Below, piece by piece: positions 19,425 to 27,703 of a DNA stretch of 64,000 nt. This DNA comes from Actinomycetota bacterium (lineage in GTDB: Bacteria > Actinomycetota > UBA4738 > HRBIN12), in assembly GCA_041287635.1 (NCBI GenBank), contig JBGGNG010000047.1, positions 4,501-68,500 on the forward strand, in the 5' to 3' direction. The position numbers and the translations under genes were made by a program. Under the pieces are notes generated by a model. That model was given only the letters and a program-made list of their open reading frames with translations. It did not search any database and was not told where the DNA came from. How positions within the stretch are numbered: the first letter of the stretch is position 1; every line of letters starts with the position of its first letter.

Positions 19425-20816
19425 TCAGTCGCGGGGTCGGACCTTGGTGCCGTCGGGTGTGTCCATGACCTCGAGGCCCATCGCGGCCAGTTCATCGCGG
19501 AGTCGATCGCTCTCGACGTAGTCCTTCCCGGCGCGGGCCGCATCGCGCCGGGCCATCATCGAGGACATCTCGCCGGTCGGCGCCCATCCGCTCCTGGCTT
19601 CCCGCTCGAGATCGAGTCCGAGCACGGCGTCCCACGAGGCCAGGAGCGCGTACCGCTCTCCGGAGGCAACGGCATCGTCGGCCACGACCGCACTCACGAC
19701 GACGACGGCTGCGGGCATGTCGAGGTCGGCGGCGATCGCCGCTCGGAACCGGGCGTCGTAGCCCTTCGCGTGCTCCCCGAGCTCCGGCGCGGCTGGCGCC
19801 CACTCGGCCATCCGTCGGCGGAGCTGCTTCACTTTCGCGTCGGCCGCGGCCATCGATCCCCACGTGAAGTCCATCTCGGAGCGGTAGCGCGTCTGGAACG
19901 TGAGCCAGCGGAACGCGAGCGGATCGAGACCGCGATCGACGAGCTCCGGGACCCGGATCGTGTTCCCCGTGGACTTCGAGATCTTCTGCCCCGATTGTCG
20001 TAGGTGTCCCCCGTGCACCCAGATCGAGACGACCTGGTGGCCGACCGCGCCCTCACTCTGCGCGATCTCGTCCTCGTGGTGAGGGAACCGCAGATCACTG
20101 CCGCCGGTGTGGATATCGAACCGATCGCCCAGGTACTTCATCGACATCGCCGAGCACTCGATGTGCCAGCCGGGGAACCCCACGCCCCACGGCGAGTCCC
20201 ACTTCATGAGCCGGCCGGGACCGGCAGCCTTCCACAGGGCGAAGTCTGCCGGATGCCGCTTGGCCTGATCGGTCTCGAGGTCTCGATGGCCTTCGCGGAG
20301 GTTGTCGAGGGTGTTCCCGCTCAGCTTCCCGTAGACGGGGAACGACGACACGTCGAAGTACACGCTGCCGGACTCTGCCACGTACGCGTGTCCCCGGTCG
20401 ATCAGGGTCTGGCTGAGCTCGATCATCTCGGGGATGTGCTCGGTTGCCTTCGGGTACTCGTCGGCGGGCCGGATGCCGACCGCGGCGGCGTCATCGAACA
20501 CGGCCCGGGCATACTTCTCGGCGATTGAGAGCGCCGACATGCCCTCGTCCTCGACGGCGAGCGCCATCTTGTCGACGGCATCCGGAGAGGTCTCGTCGGT
20601 CATGTGTCCGACGTCGGTGATGTTCATGATCTGCGTCACCCGGTAGCCCTCCAATTCCAGGGCACGCCGGATCAGGTCGCCCAGCATGAACGTGCGCAGG
20701 TTCCCGAGGTGTGCGAATCGGTAGACCGTGGGTCCACACGTGTAGATCGTCACGTGCCCTGCGGTCACGGGACGGACCTCGTCGAGCTCGCGCGTCAGCG
20801 AGTTGTACAGGCGCAT
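19425..20816 (-). CDS. cysS: Cysteine--tRNA ligase
   Basis: HLGN (HIGH), KISKS (KMSKS), Zn-binding CGPT...HIEC. C-terminal DYVESDRLRDELAAMGLEVMDTPDGTKV matches the CysRS anticodon/C-terminal domain rather than MshC. Confidence 0.9.
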   Translation of the reverse strand: MRLYNSLTRELDEVRPVTAGHVTIYTCGPTVYRFAHLGNLRTFMLGDLIRRALELEGYRVTQIMNITDVGHMTDETSPDAVDKMALAVEDEGMSALSIAEKYARAVFDDAAAVGIRPADEYPKATEHIPEMIELSQTLIDRGHAYVAESGSVYFDVSSFPVYGKLSGNTLDNLREGHRDLETDQAKRHPADFALWKAAGPGRLMKWDSPWGVGFPGWHIECSAMSMKYLGDRFDIHTGGSDLRFPHHEDEIAQSEGAVGHQVVSIWVHGGHLRQSGQKISKSTGNTIRVPELVDRGLDPLAFRWLTFQTRYRSEMDFTWGSMAAADAKVKQLRRRMAEWAPAAPELGEHAKGYDARFRAAIAADLDMPAAVVVVSAVVADDAVASGERYALLASWDAVLGLDLEREARSGWAPTGEMSSMMARRDAARAGKDYVESDRLRDELAAMGLEVMDTPDGTKVRPRD

Positions 20817-20846
20817 AGCGCTGAGCTTACCGTCGGCCGGTCGGTG

Positions 20847-23255
20847 CTATGCGTCGTCGGGACGAGGGGGCGAAGGCGGCCCCAGCGTGAGCCGCGGCCG
20901 TTCGCCCTGGCCGCTGCCGTCGACGCTCGACACCTCGACCGGCGGCGGTGGCACCGGAACGGGGATGCGCGACTCGACCCCGGCGTGTTCCTTGTGAGCC
21001 CTGAGCACGGCCTCGTGATAGCGGTGGAGCATCTGCAGGAACGACGGATCGCGGTAGGGGCGCCCGTCGACGGTGGGCCCACGCGTGCCCTCGATGATGG
21101 CCTCCACATCGTCGCCCGTGATCGTCTTCACGGTCTCGAGCGCGTGGGCGAGCGCCAGCACCTCGGAACGGTTCTCCTCGAGCAGCGTCCATGTGCTCTC
21201 GTAGAGCTCGGCGAGCTTCTCCTCGACGCTGTGCCCGAACGCCGAGTCGAACAGCGCACGGTCGCCGCCGGTTTCCATCGACGCCGAGCCGAGCGGCGCG
21301 AGCGTCACCGACCGGGAGGCGAACCGATCGCCCATCGCGTAGTACGCGAGCGCCTGGCTCGTCATGCCGGTCGCGGCTCGCATGTCGCCGCCGACCCCCA
21401 TCGAGTGGTCACCGTCGAAGAACATGCGTTCCCCGGCCAACGATGCGAGGGCGGTCATCACGTCGATCTCGCGTTCCGAGCGCCACTGCACGAACTGGTC
21501 CTCGGGGGGTATCGACGAGACGAAGCCCCCGACGTCCCCGCGCCGCTCGATCGTTGCCATGTCGATCACCGCGTGCTTGCGGAGCCGGTAGGCCACGACG
21601 GCATGACAGGCCTCGTGCACGGCGACCGAGTGACGTTCCCGCTCGATGTATTCGTGCTCGTCGGGCAGGCCGTGCTGCTTCAGCTGCTTCGCCTTCACGA
21701 CGTCGGCGTAGCTCACCGTGTCGCGATCGTCGCGGATCGCGATCACGAGGCCCTCGTTCACGATGTCCTTGATCGACGCACCGGAGAAGTACGGCGTGAT
21801 CGTCGCGAGCTTGTCGATCTCGTCGGACGTGAGATCGTTCTGCACCTTGGCCAGGTAGTACTCGAACGTCGCCCGGCGACCGCCCTTCTGCGGGTAGCCC
21901 ACCTTGTACTGCCTGTCGACACGCCCGGGTCGCAACATCGCCGGGTCGAGCGTGTTCGGCATGTTCGTCGCGAAGATGTGCAGGATGCGGTACTTGGGCG
22001 GCGGCTTCGGCTTCATGCCGAGCATCTTGCGGATCTTGTTCACGAGCCCCTTCGGCTTCGTGAGGCCCGACATCTCGGCGAGGAGGGCCTGGAGCGTGCC
22101 CATGCCACCGCCCCCGCCCATGCCGCCCATGATCACCGACTCCTTGTACGGCGCGCCGGGCTCGCCCGACGCCGGCCCCACATGGAACGCAGCGTCGCGC
22201 CCGGCGGCCGACAGGTAGGCGACCCCGTTGCAGCTCGGGGTCGTCGTCCAGGGCGAGACGGGAGCGAACCCGGTACCCACCTGCTGTCCGCGGCTACCGA
22301 GGGAGTCCGCCTCGTCGATGAACACGATCGCGCCGCCATAGCGCATCGAGAGTTTGCGGAGCTTGCGGTAGAGCGAACGCACCTTGAGGATGCCGACGCC
22401 CATGAACATGTTGATGAAGGCGCCGGCGTCGACGTTCACGAAAGGCTTCGCGGTCTCGCCCGCCACGGCCTGGGCCATCAGGGTCTTCCCGGTGCCCGGC
22501 GGCCCCCACAGCAGGATGCCCCCGGGCACGTAGCCGCCGCGCGACTCGATCGCCTCGGGGTCGTCCAGGAACACCAGGGTCTCCTTGAGCTGCCCGAGCG
22601 CCGCGTCCTGGCCCTTCACGTCGTCGAAGCGAGTCTCGATCTCGTCGGGCATGATCGTGTCGATGCCGCCCCTCGACAGGAACCAGAACAAGCCGATGAA
22701 CTGGAACATCACGAAGAAGAAGCCGAACGCGAGCTGCATCACGAACGGGAGGGCGCCCACGAGGCGCGCGGGCGCCTCGACGATGCCGAGCCAAACCGGG
22801 TCGGTGTCGAAGATGCGGCCGAGGAGCGTGCTGAGCACCAGCAGGAACAGCACGAACTTGAACGCCCGGCCGGCCCGGTACCGAGTGTAGTCGTTCATCT
22901 TCCCGAGACCGCGTTCCGTGCCGCCGAAGACCTTCTGTTGCCAGAAGCGGTAGTACCCCTTCGAGCGCTCCTCGATGAAGTAATGCACCTGTCGCACGAA
23001 CTCGAGCGCCATCAGCGCCAGCAGCCACCAGTAGTCGTTGATCGCGATACGCACCGCATCGACGAACGGTCCGTCGAGCGGCCGCACGGTGGTGCTCCAC
23101 ACGACGGCCAGGCCGGCGAGCCACAGGATCCCCAGGAAGATCAGGAGCTTGATGCGATCCCACAGCACGGCGGGGGCGCGCGTCTCGCGCTCGGATGCCC
23201 TCGGCCGCGAGGGCCGGTCCACCAGGATGTTCGTTCCCTTGCCGTTCGTGCTCAC
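20847..23255 (-). CDS. Atypical FtsH-family membrane AAA+ / M41 zinc metalloprotease
   Basis: About 4 N-terminal TM segments, Walker A GPPGTGKT, pore loop NMFMGVG, Walker B VFIDEADS, sensor FATN, RPGRVDR, HEACH (HExxH). GTG 23255 overlaps the upstream stop (GTGA). The extension to 23459 was rejected. Confidence 0.8.
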   Translation of the reverse strand: MSTNGKGTNILVDRPSRPRASERETRAPAVLWDRIKLLIFLGILWLAGLAVVWSTTVRPLDGPFVDAVRIAINDYWWLLALMALEFVRQVHYFIEERSKGYYRFWQQKVFGGTERGLGKMNDYTRYRAGRAFKFVLFLLVLSTLLGRIFDTDPVWLGIVEAPARLVGALPFVMQLAFGFFFVMFQFIGLFWFLSRGGIDTIMPDEIETRFDDVKGQDAALGQLKETLVFLDDPEAIESRGGYVPGGILLWGPPGTGKTLMAQAVAGETAKPFVNVDAGAFINMFMGVGILKVRSLYRKLRKLSMRYGGAIVFIDEADSLGSRGQQVGTGFAPVSPWTTTPSCNGVAYLSAAGRDAAFHVGPASGEPGAPYKESVIMGGMGGGGGMGTLQALLAEMSGLTKPKGLVNKIRKMLGMKPKPPPKYRILHIFATNMPNTLDPAMLRPGRVDRQYKVGYPQKGGRRATFEYYLAKVQNDLTSDEIDKLATITPYFSGASIKDIVNEGLVIAIRDDRDTVSYADVVKAKQLKQHGLPDEHEYIERERHSVAVHEACHAVVAYRLRKHAVIDMATIERRGDVGGFVSSIPPEDQFVQWRSEREIDVMTALASLAGERMFFDGDHSMGVGGDMRAATGMTSQALAYYAMGDRFASRSVTLAPLGSASMETGGDRALFDSAFGHSVEEKLAELYESTWTLLEENRSEVLALAHALETVKTITGDDVEAIIEGTRGPTVDGRPYRDPSFLQMLHRYHEAVLRAHKEHAGVESRIPVPVPPPPVEVSSVDGSGQGERPRLTLGPPSPPRPDDA

Positions 23256-23941
23256 GCGATCACCGCCCAGGAGTCGATCACCGATTCGATGTCGCCGCGG
23301 TTGCGGCCGTAGCACTCCGCACTGCAGAGCACCGCCAGCACGTACACCTTGTCCGACGCGGGGTCCATGTACGCGGTTTGCGAGATCTGCACGAACCGAT
23401 CGTCGAAGAGCACCGAGCCACCATCGGTCGCCGCGGTCCCTTCGAGCGCTGACGCCCATATCTGGGCTTCGAAGTGCAGCCCTCGGAAGCCGTCCTTCTC
23501 GATGCGGTCGTCGTAGGCCAGGATCTCGACGGCCTCCCGGCCGACCTGGTCCTGGATCTGATCGATCGGGATGATGAGGTTCCGCAGCGCTCCGTAGCTG
23601 ATGCCGTCCCGCTGCTCAGCGGTGAGGCGCAGCACAGCCGCGATGCCCTGCGGGTAGTCGGAGTAGTAGCCTCCCTGCGACATCACATGCTCGACGGTGG
23701 GGGAGGGGTGGGCATCGAGGCCGATCAGCCACTCGACGGGATCGGGGGTGCTCACGGGCGGGCCCGCGGGCTCGCCCTGCAGGGTCGCCTCGTCGAAGAC
23801 GGTCCACTCGATCGGTACCTTGAACGCGGTGCGCGCCTCGGTGTTGCGGACGTACTCGTAGCTCGGCGAGCCGCAGGCGAGGAGGAGCGAGGACCCGGCG
23901 AGGAACGCGAGCGCGGCGACCAGGGGACGGCGGAGGCTCAT
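23252..23941 (-). CDS. Putative lipoprotein, hypothetical
   Basis: MSLRRPLVAALAFLAGSSLLLAC|GS is a signal peptide plus lipobox. Stop overlaps the start of the FtsH-like gene. Confidence 0.6.
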   Translation of the reverse strand: MSLRRPLVAALAFLAGSSLLLACGSPSYEYVRNTEARTAFKVPIEWTVFDEATLQGEPAGPPVSTPDPVEWLIGLDAHPSPTVEHVMSQGGYYSDYPQGIAAVLRLTAEQRDGISYGALRNLIIPIDQIQDQVGREAVEILAYDDRIEKDGFRGLHFEAQIWASALEGTAATDGGSVLFDDRFVQISQTAYMDPASDKVYVLAVLCSAECYGRNRGDIESVIDSWAVIA

Positions 23942-24021
23942 CGATGCATCATGCCACGAGTCTCCGCTGAGGGGCCTCACGGACCGCGTCGAGTCGGGGC
24001 GGAGCACGCCGAACTGCCCGG

Positions 24022-24465
24022 TCAGGGTCGCAAGGGGCGGCGCTCGAACGGGATCGAGAGCGCGATCGTCGTCCGCGTCGCGACGTTGGCCTTCTCGCGC
24101 AGGCGGCGGATCAGGTCCTCGAGCTCCGTCGTCGTGCGCGTGCGCACCTTCAAGACGTAGTTCGTCTCTCCCGCCACGCTGAAGCAGTCCTCGACCTCAG
24201 GGAACTCCGCGACACGGTCGGGGAGATCGTCGGGCTGGCGCGGATCGAGCGGCGACGCGGCGATCAGAGCCGTGACGTAGAGGCCGAGCGCCTCGGGATC
24301 GACCACGGCGGCGTAGCCGCGGATCACTCCCCGCTGCTCCAACTTGCGCACGCGGTCGTGCACCGCCGATGCCGAGAGCCCGACGCGGGCGGCCACATCG
24401 GCGTAGGTGGCCCGGGCGTCCTGCTGCAGGGCGGCGACGATGTCCAGGTCGCGCTCGTCGAGCAT
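24022..24465 (-). CDS. Lrp/AsnC family transcriptional regulator
   Basis: MLDERDLDIVAALQQDARATYADVAARVGLSASAVHDRVRKLEQRGVI (HTH_AsnC) plus a RAM/ACT-like C-terminal domain. ATG 24465, upstream ORF extension rejected. Confidence 0.85.
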   Translation of the reverse strand: MLDERDLDIVAALQQDARATYADVAARVGLSASAVHDRVRKLEQRGVIRGYAAVVDPEALGLYVTALIAASPLDPRQPDDLPDRVAEFPEVEDCFSVAGETNYVLKVRTRTTTELEDLIRRLREKANVATRTTIALSIPFERRPLRP

Positions 24466-24471
24466 CCGCCA

Positions 24472-24477
24472 ATCATA
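24472..24477 (-). promoter_or_regulatory. Candidate -10 hexamer TATGAT giving a leaderless Lrp/AsnC transcript
   Basis: Minus-strand TATGAT ends 6 nt before the ATG at 24465. It is one of the few AT-rich hexamers in the region, and leaderless mRNAs are common in Actinomycetota. Confidence 0.3.
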
Positions 24478-24656
24478 TGGCCCGTGCGGGGCCGTAGGCA
24501 TCGACCGACCGGGTGGGCCGTTCGGGGCCGATGGGCTCGATGGCCGATACCTGGGGTGAGCACACCGGGGGCCGGCGGGGGATTGCATGGGGCGGCCGCG
24601 CTCGGCTAGAACGTGCCATCGACGCCGACCTCCTTCCGGCCGTCGCGACGCGGCAT

Positions 24657-24664
24657 GGAAGGAG
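24657..24664 (+). promoter_or_regulatory. Shine-Dalgarno GGAAGGAG for the RT-like ORF
   Basis: GGAAGGAG sits 6 nt upstream of the in-frame GTG at 24671. Confidence 0.4.
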
Positions 24665-24670
24665 CGCCCG

Positions 24671-25417
24671 GTGCGACTCCCGAGTGCGAGGTCGAGCTGG
24701 CGCGACGACCCGATCCGTACCGAGGTCTTCTCCAGGCCCGGCGGCGGGGATCGCACGATCACCCATCTCGACGGACGGAGCCGTCACCGATACGGGGTCG
24801 CCGTCGCCGCGGTGACACCGAGGGTCGAACGTGCGCTCGCCGACGGGGTCGTCGCGAACCGAGCCCGATCGACCCCGACGGACGTGGCCCTCGAGCCGTG
24901 GGCGGCCGCTCGTCGCCGGTACGCTCACTCGATCGCGTCGACGGCGGCGGGGCCCTGGCGGGCGGCGTTCGTCGGCGACGTGCGCGACTGCTACGGCTCG
25001 ATCGATCCACCGGTCGTGGACCGCGCGTTGCGGGAGATCGGCGTCCCCCAGCAGCTGATCGAGCGCATCGTCGAGGTCCTTCGGCGCTTCGACGATCACG
25101 GCGTGCGCGGGCTCCCCATCGGCCCCGAGCCGTCAGCCGTGCTGGCCAACGCAGTGTTGGCGTCGGTCGACCGGTCGCTGATGGGTGAGTTCGGCACCCC
25201 GTCGTTCCGTTGGGTGGATGACATCGTGGTGTTCGCGCGCGACCGACGAGAGGCCTGGCGAGCTGCCGCCACGTTCGCTCGGACGCTCGACGCCCTCGGC
25301 CTCCAGGCGCATCCCACGAAATGCAGGGTCGTCGTCGATCCCGATGCCCTGCTCGAGGGCGTGTCGCGGCGTTCCATCGCGACGGGGTCGGCTCGTGGCA
25401 TGATGCGCCCGCCGTGA
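24671..25417 (+). CDS. Minimal reverse-transcriptase-like protein (RVT_1-type fingers/palm only)
   Basis: Ordered RT motifs: GGGDRTITHLDGRSRHRYGVAV (1/2), FVGDVRDCYGSI (A), GLPIGPEPSAVLANAVL (B), FRWVDDIVVF (C, YxDD-like), LGLQAHPTKCRVV (D/E). GC3-rich frame. Alternative ATG start at 24587. Confidence 0.7.
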   Translation: MRLPSARSSWRDDPIRTEVFSRPGGGDRTITHLDGRSRHRYGVAVAAVTPRVERALADGVVANRARSTPTDVALEPWAAARRRYAHSIASTAAGPWRAAFVGDVRDCYGSIDPPVVDRALREIGVPQQLIERIVEVLRRFDDHGVRGLPIGPEPSAVLANAVLASVDRSLMGEFGTPSFRWVDDIVVFARDRREAWRAAATFARTLDALGLQAHPTKCRVVVDPDALLEGVSRRSIATGSARGMMRPP

Positions 25418-26922
25418 GGACCCTCTACCGCGCCACCCGTATCCACACCCAGGCCTACCCGGAGCGGGGGGAGTGGCTGCTGATCGACGGGCGGCACGTG
25501 CAACGCGTGGGGGTCGGCGATCCTCCACAGGCGGATCGGGTCGTCGACCTGCCGGGCACCACGATCGTGCCGGGATTCATCGACGCGCATGTGCACCTCA
25601 CCGAGACGGGCCTCTCACTCGCGAACGCAGACGTCCGGGCCGCCCACTCGGCTGAGGACCTGCTCCGCGTCGTGCGCGAGCGAGCCGCTGACGGAGACGG
25701 GCCGCTGTTCCTGCTCGGATACGACGAGTCCGCGTGGGAGCGACCCGCGCTCCCGACCCTCGCCGACCTCGACACGGCGTGCGCTCGTCCGCTGATGATC
25801 CGGCGAGCCGACGGACATGTCGCGCTCGCGAACCGACTGGCGCTCGATGCTGCCGGGATGCTCGACCGGCCGGGGGTGGTCCGCGACGAGACCGGGGACC
25901 CGACCGGCGTCGTCACCCAGCAGGCGAATGATGAGCTCGGGCTGTGGGCGATGTCGTCCACCGACGATCTCGCGAGGCAGGACCTGCAGCTGCAGGCGGC
26001 CTCGCTCGCCGCGTCGAGGGGCATCACGACGATCCACGAGATGTCGATGCCCCACTGGAGCGGCGAGGCCGATCTGCGGGTGCTGCTCGATCACCGAGCC
26101 AGGCTTCCGGTCGATGCCGCGGCGATCCCGGCCACGACCGACCTGGGCACCGCGATCGGCAACGGACTCTCCGCGATCGGTGGCGACATGCCCGTCGACG
26201 GCTCGATCGGCGCGCGAACCGCCTGGCTCGTCGATCCGTATCTCGACGGCGGTCACGGGGTCTCTTACTTCGCCGACGACGATCTCGCCGAGTTCTTCCA
26301 CGGGGCGCACGCGGCGGGCCTGCAGGTCGGCGTGCACGCGATCGGCGACCGGGCGATCGAGCAGGTGCTCTCTGTCTGGGAGCGCGTCTACCGGGCACTG
26401 GACTCCCGCGAGCGACGGCATTTCCGTGCCAGGCGGCACCGTATCGAGCATCTCGAGGTGGTCACGACGTCACAGGTGGAGCGTGCCGCGATGCTGGGAC
26501 TCGCCGCGTCGGTCCAGCCGGCGTTCGACGCGACGTGGGGACGCCCCGGCGGACTCTACGAGCAGCGTCTGGGGCACGAGCGCGCCGCGCTCATGAACCC
26601 GTTCCGTACGCTGCTCGATCGAGGCGTCGAGGTCGGCGTCGGCTCCGATGCCCCGATCACCGCGCTCGACCCGATGCGGGCACTCGGGGCCCTCGAACAC
26701 CACCACGACCACGCCCAACGCCTCTCCCGCCGGGAGGCGATCCGCCTGCACACGATCGGATCTGCACGTGTCGCCCACCAGGAGGACAAGAAGGGCGCAT
26801 TGGCGCCGGGCCTGCATGCCGACTTCGCGGCCTTCGAGGCCGACCCATTCGAGGAACCCTCGCTCGACGGCCTTCGGCCGGTGCTCACCGTCTCGCTCGG
26901 TCGCGAGGTCTTCGCGACCTGA
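25414..26922 (+). CDS. YtcJ-like metal-dependent amidohydrolase (Amidohydro_3 type)
   Basis: TIVPGFIDAHVHL (HxH), GDMPVDGSIGARTAW, VGVHAIGD, RIEH, VGVGSDAP. GTG 25414 overlaps the RT stop 25415-25417. Confidence 0.85.
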   Translation: MRTLYRATRIHTQAYPERGEWLLIDGRHVQRVGVGDPPQADRVVDLPGTTIVPGFIDAHVHLTETGLSLANADVRAAHSAEDLLRVVRERAADGDGPLFLLGYDESAWERPALPTLADLDTACARPLMIRRADGHVALANRLALDAAGMLDRPGVVRDETGDPTGVVTQQANDELGLWAMSSTDDLARQDLQLQAASLAASRGITTIHEMSMPHWSGEADLRVLLDHRARLPVDAAAIPATTDLGTAIGNGLSAIGGDMPVDGSIGARTAWLVDPYLDGGHGVSYFADDDLAEFFHGAHAAGLQVGVHAIGDRAIEQVLSVWERVYRALDSRERRHFRARRHRIEHLEVVTTSQVERAAMLGLAASVQPAFDATWGRPGGLYEQRLGHERAALMNPFRTLLDRGVEVGVGSDAPITALDPMRALGALEHHHDHAQRLSRREAIRLHTIGSARVAHQEDKKGALAPGLHADFAAFEADPFEEPSLDGLRPVLTVSLGREVFAT

Positions 26923-26934
26923 ACACCTCGGCCC

Positions 26935-26969
26935 CGCCCCGCCGGGACCGCCGGTCGACTCACGGGGCG
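26935..26969 (+). terminator. Candidate stem-loop terminator after the amidohydrolase
   Basis: CGCCCCG (26935-41) pairs with CGGGGCG (26963-69), with an inner CCGG/CCGG stem. Followed by the T-containing CCTTGTCACTCTTTCTC. No clean U-tract. Confidence 0.3.
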
Positions 26970-27334
26970 CCTTGTCACTCTTTCTCGGCCGCGCCGGTTG
27001 ACCACGAGGCGCCGGCAGGCGTACCGTGCGGCCGCGCCACCGCTCCGGCGGTGACGCGCGAGGGTCCGAGCGGCTGAGTAGAGAACGCGGCGCCCCGGCG
27101 TCGCGGCCCCAAAGGTCGCTTGGGCCCTCCTCCGCGTCCATCTGCCGGCCGCTCGCCGCGGACCTGCGCCACCCCATCACGATCGGGAATGCCGCCCTCG
27201 GCACGCGCGTTACGTGGTGTTCCATGACGTTCGTGCGACGCCCGGAGCCGATGTCACCGACGTGGTTGCACGAGCGAACGGTGGCAGTAGGATACGCGCG
27301 CATCGAGGGAGGGCCGAACCCTCGGAGGGATGAG

Positions 27335-27703
27335 ATGAGCGACACGATGAGCGACGTCGAAGAACCGACCGAAGAGGAAGCCGAGGAGATCGACGAGGAA
27401 GCCGAGCCCAGCGAGGCCGAGCTCGCCGATGCCACCGTGCCTCCGGACCCCGCGACCGGTGGCGACGTCGAGTCGATCCAGGAGCTGCTGGTCAAACAGG
27501 AAGCCGCCGACGAGGCCGACGCCGATGAAGAGGAAGAGGCGGTGATCGCTCTCACCAAGGAGGAGCGGCTGGCTGCCGACCCGGCCGAGTCGAGGGTCGT
27601 CCCGATGCAGGAGACCGAGTTCGTCTGCAAACGCTGCTTCCTGGTGAAACACCGCAGCCAGTTGGCAGACAAGAAGCGGACGCTGTGCCGCGACTGCGCC
27701 TGA
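27335..27703 (+). CDS. DUF4193-type acidic protein with C-terminal CxxC...CxxC
   Basis: MSDTMSDVEEPTEEEAEE... acidic N-terminal half, C-terminus EFVCKRCFLVKHRSQLADKKRTLCRDCA. GGAGGG upstream. Confidence 0.75.
   Translation: MSDTMSDVEEPTEEEAEEIDEEAEPSEAELADATVPPDPATGGDVESIQELLVKQEAADEADADEEEEAVIALTKEERLAADPAESRVVPMQETEFVCKRCFLVKHRSQLADKKRTLCRDCA

Noticed and set aside
19425-20816. cysS paralogue MshC (mycothiol ligase) instead of CysRS
   Set aside because: The length (463 aa) and the C-terminal DALR/anticodon-binding-type extension ending ...LRDELAAMGLEVMDTPDGTKV fit a genuine CysRS. To my recollection MshC proteins are shorter and lack this tail. I cannot fully exclude it without a phylogeny.
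20604-23312. 902-aa plus-strand ORF
   Set aside because: It is antisense to cysS and the FtsH-like gene, both of which have clear catalytic motifs. The composition is shadow-like (R/G/H/D/E runs).
24587-25417. RT-like ORF as a group II intron or a retron
   Set aside because: There is no X/maturase or endonuclease domain. I could not see a domain V-like hairpin (GAGC...GAAA...GTTC type) or intron boundaries. The next gene starts inside the stop codon. The protein has no retron VTG motif, and I found no obvious a1/a2 inverted repeats flanking an msr/msd.
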